Shown here one piece after another: positions 62,137 to 64,000 of a DNA stretch of 64,000 bases; within the stretch, counting starts at the first letter, position 1, and each line of letters opens with the position of its first letter. Source of the stretch: Diadema antillarum. Lineage: Eukaryota. Under the pieces are notes generated by a model. It saw only the letters and a program-made list of their open reading frames with translations. It searched no databases and had not been told where the DNA came from. Both the position numbers and the translations under genes were made by a program. The stretch spans positions 868,001-932,000 of the forward strand of contig NW_027271086.1 in assembly GCF_040938485.1 (NCBI RefSeq). The letters are read 5' to 3'.

Positions 62137-63410
62137 TTAATGTATTCTTAAAAAGCTAATTTCACTATACAAGCTTAAATTTGCCGACCTAGGGCCGTGA
62201 ATTAGACGCAATCGAGAAGGGTGAGGTACCTCACCCAATTTTCCATAGAGACAGTAGTTAAGAACATCCACACAGCAATGGGTACTGCAACCTTCCGTCT
62301 GTCTACGGAGGACAGCGTTAATGGCAAAATATAAAAAGAGTCCTCCGAACAGACGGATCTTTCTGTCTACCAGTTTAGTAGCCCGACCAGACGCTGTGAG
62401 TACGCTGTGCGAATACCTGTCGCGACGTACCTACGTACAGCAACTGGGCTGTGTATAGTTAAGTACCCAGTAGCCTACCGGTTTTAAGACTAAGAGATCT
62501 GAATTTCTGTGCTATTTGGTTATCAACAGTCACAACATGATCAGCAATGATTATGTTGTGAATTGGTAGGGCCTTAACCCCGTCGCGGGGCGCTGTAACA
62601 TACGTACATACTGTATTTGTCCGTATGGGGTCGCTGTAACTGCGACAGCCGCCACACGCAGTGTGGCGGCTGCGCCGTGCTCCCATTTCAGATCTTCATG
62701 TTGAACAAACGGGTGCCTTTGCGGCGCTATATTTCCTTAAATTTTCAACAGAAACTACTAGGAATACTTACATGGGTCGATGAAACCTAAATGACTATCA
62801 TCGGCGACTGTTTGAGGCATTTCATTGCTTGTGATGCACAAAATGATGTCTTATAAGCAGCTCACCGATGTTCACAGAATTCACAATCACTCGCACAAGC
62901 ACACAGAATAGGGGAGCTCTCACATTAGCGAAACTGGGGGGAAGCCGCCAGGACCGCGCCTGGCGGTGCGGTCTCCGGGGCTAGGGTCGCTGCTGCGGTT
63001 AGTAGGGCCTCTGCTCTGCTTTGTGGTTAGTGATTTTGAACCATCATGGAACCATGTCAAAATTTCATTACAGACTGGACCAGCGCTGCGATGAGTTAGA
63101 ACTTCTAGACTATAATTTAAATTACAGCTGCAGCCAGCTAACCCTTGTGGGATCGGAGCACCCTGATTGTCGTGTCGGAAAGAAAACTTTGGAGGCGGTG
63201 TTCTCGAAACTCTGATTTCCTAGACCATTCAACATGGTCTCATAAAATCATGCATATCTCTGCAACGAGTTAAGTGTTATATATGAAATGAAAGCGAAAG
63301 ACTTGGCAGAAGGGAATAATGTCATGCCATTTTCAGAAAATCAACCTCCCTCGATCCTTTTGTTGTAACGGGTCACATACCTGTATTGATTAGAATACCT
63401 GTATTGATTA

Positions 63411-63626
63411 GCCAGCGCATGCGCACACATCACATGCGCACAAATTTCAAATCCATTGACCGGATAAGATGTCTGTGCGCATGCGCTGGCCGTCAATTCA
63501 GTGTAGCTCTCCCAGGTTCCTCTCGACTGAGTCACATTAAGTCATCAATTCGAACAGAAAGGGACTATTGGCAGAACCAAATGTTGCCCGAAGCCTGTTG
63601 TCAATACTTCAACTTCACTGGTAAGT
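63411..63626 (+). promoter_or_regulatory. Promoter-like segment (two GCGCATGCGC NRF1-type motifs, TGAGTCA) followed by donor CTG|GTAAGT at 63621
   Basis: Motif reading only. Consistent with a non-coding first exon of a gene extending beyond the window. Confidence 0.35.
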
Positions 63627-64000
63627 CTTCAAATTGAAGAAATTTTTCGATTTTAAGTTGATATTTATCCGCGATGGTACCCTGTCATGATCCTGAATGC
63701 TACAGTCTGCAGCCCCATTACACTATGCGTATGGGGCTGCTGGTCGCAGTTAAGATCTGTTCTACACCATTTCAATGGCAATGCATGAGTTCAGCAAATT
63801 TTGTCATTCTGGATGTGTACTGACAAAGCTTTTATTTCTTTTAATATGTTTATGGAAATAAAGTAAATACATTTTCAAGGTTCAAAATCAATACACAGTG
63901 TGTAATATTGTGATTTTTCTTTCTGTTTTTAATGGGTAAAAGTTATCATTCTTTTGCTTTGTTTGGTGTTGCATGTAAAACTTATCTACAGCTATACACT

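Overview
AT-rich eukaryotic (invertebrate deuterostome-like, probably echinoderm; this is inference) genomic DNA with three short N gaps. Left 39 kb: a tandem array of four minus-strand TRIM E3-ligase genes (RING, two B-boxes, coiled coil, NHL-like beta-propeller). Each has one coding exon plus a 5' non-coding exon. They are of two sequence types in the order A1-B2-A3-B4: a ~9-10 kb monomer overlaid by a recent ~20.9 kb dimer duplication (1-11781 matches 20859-35922). A1 and B2 are frameshifted in the propeller; A3 and B4 are open. A-versus-B divergence is concentrated as amino-acid replacements in the propeller. B2 looks like a promoter/5'-end chimera. All four copies keep a conserved upstream module with kB-like, nuclear-receptor, YY1, Fox and ETS motifs. 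The spacers record many transposon insertions: a DD41D-like Tc1/mariner with long TIRs, Harbinger-like MITEs, an old CR1/L2-group LINE with a young LINE inserted into it, and a piggyBac-like element at the array edge. Right part: a 14-exon plus-strand phospholipase B1-like (single GDSL/SGNH domain) gene at 40510-56063 with a Deu/Nin-domain tRNA-SINE and MITEs in its introns, then a promoter-like region with short inverted-repeat elements and candidate unannotated exons. No prokaryotic features, rRNA, true tRNA or CRISPR array were found. All alignments were done by eye.
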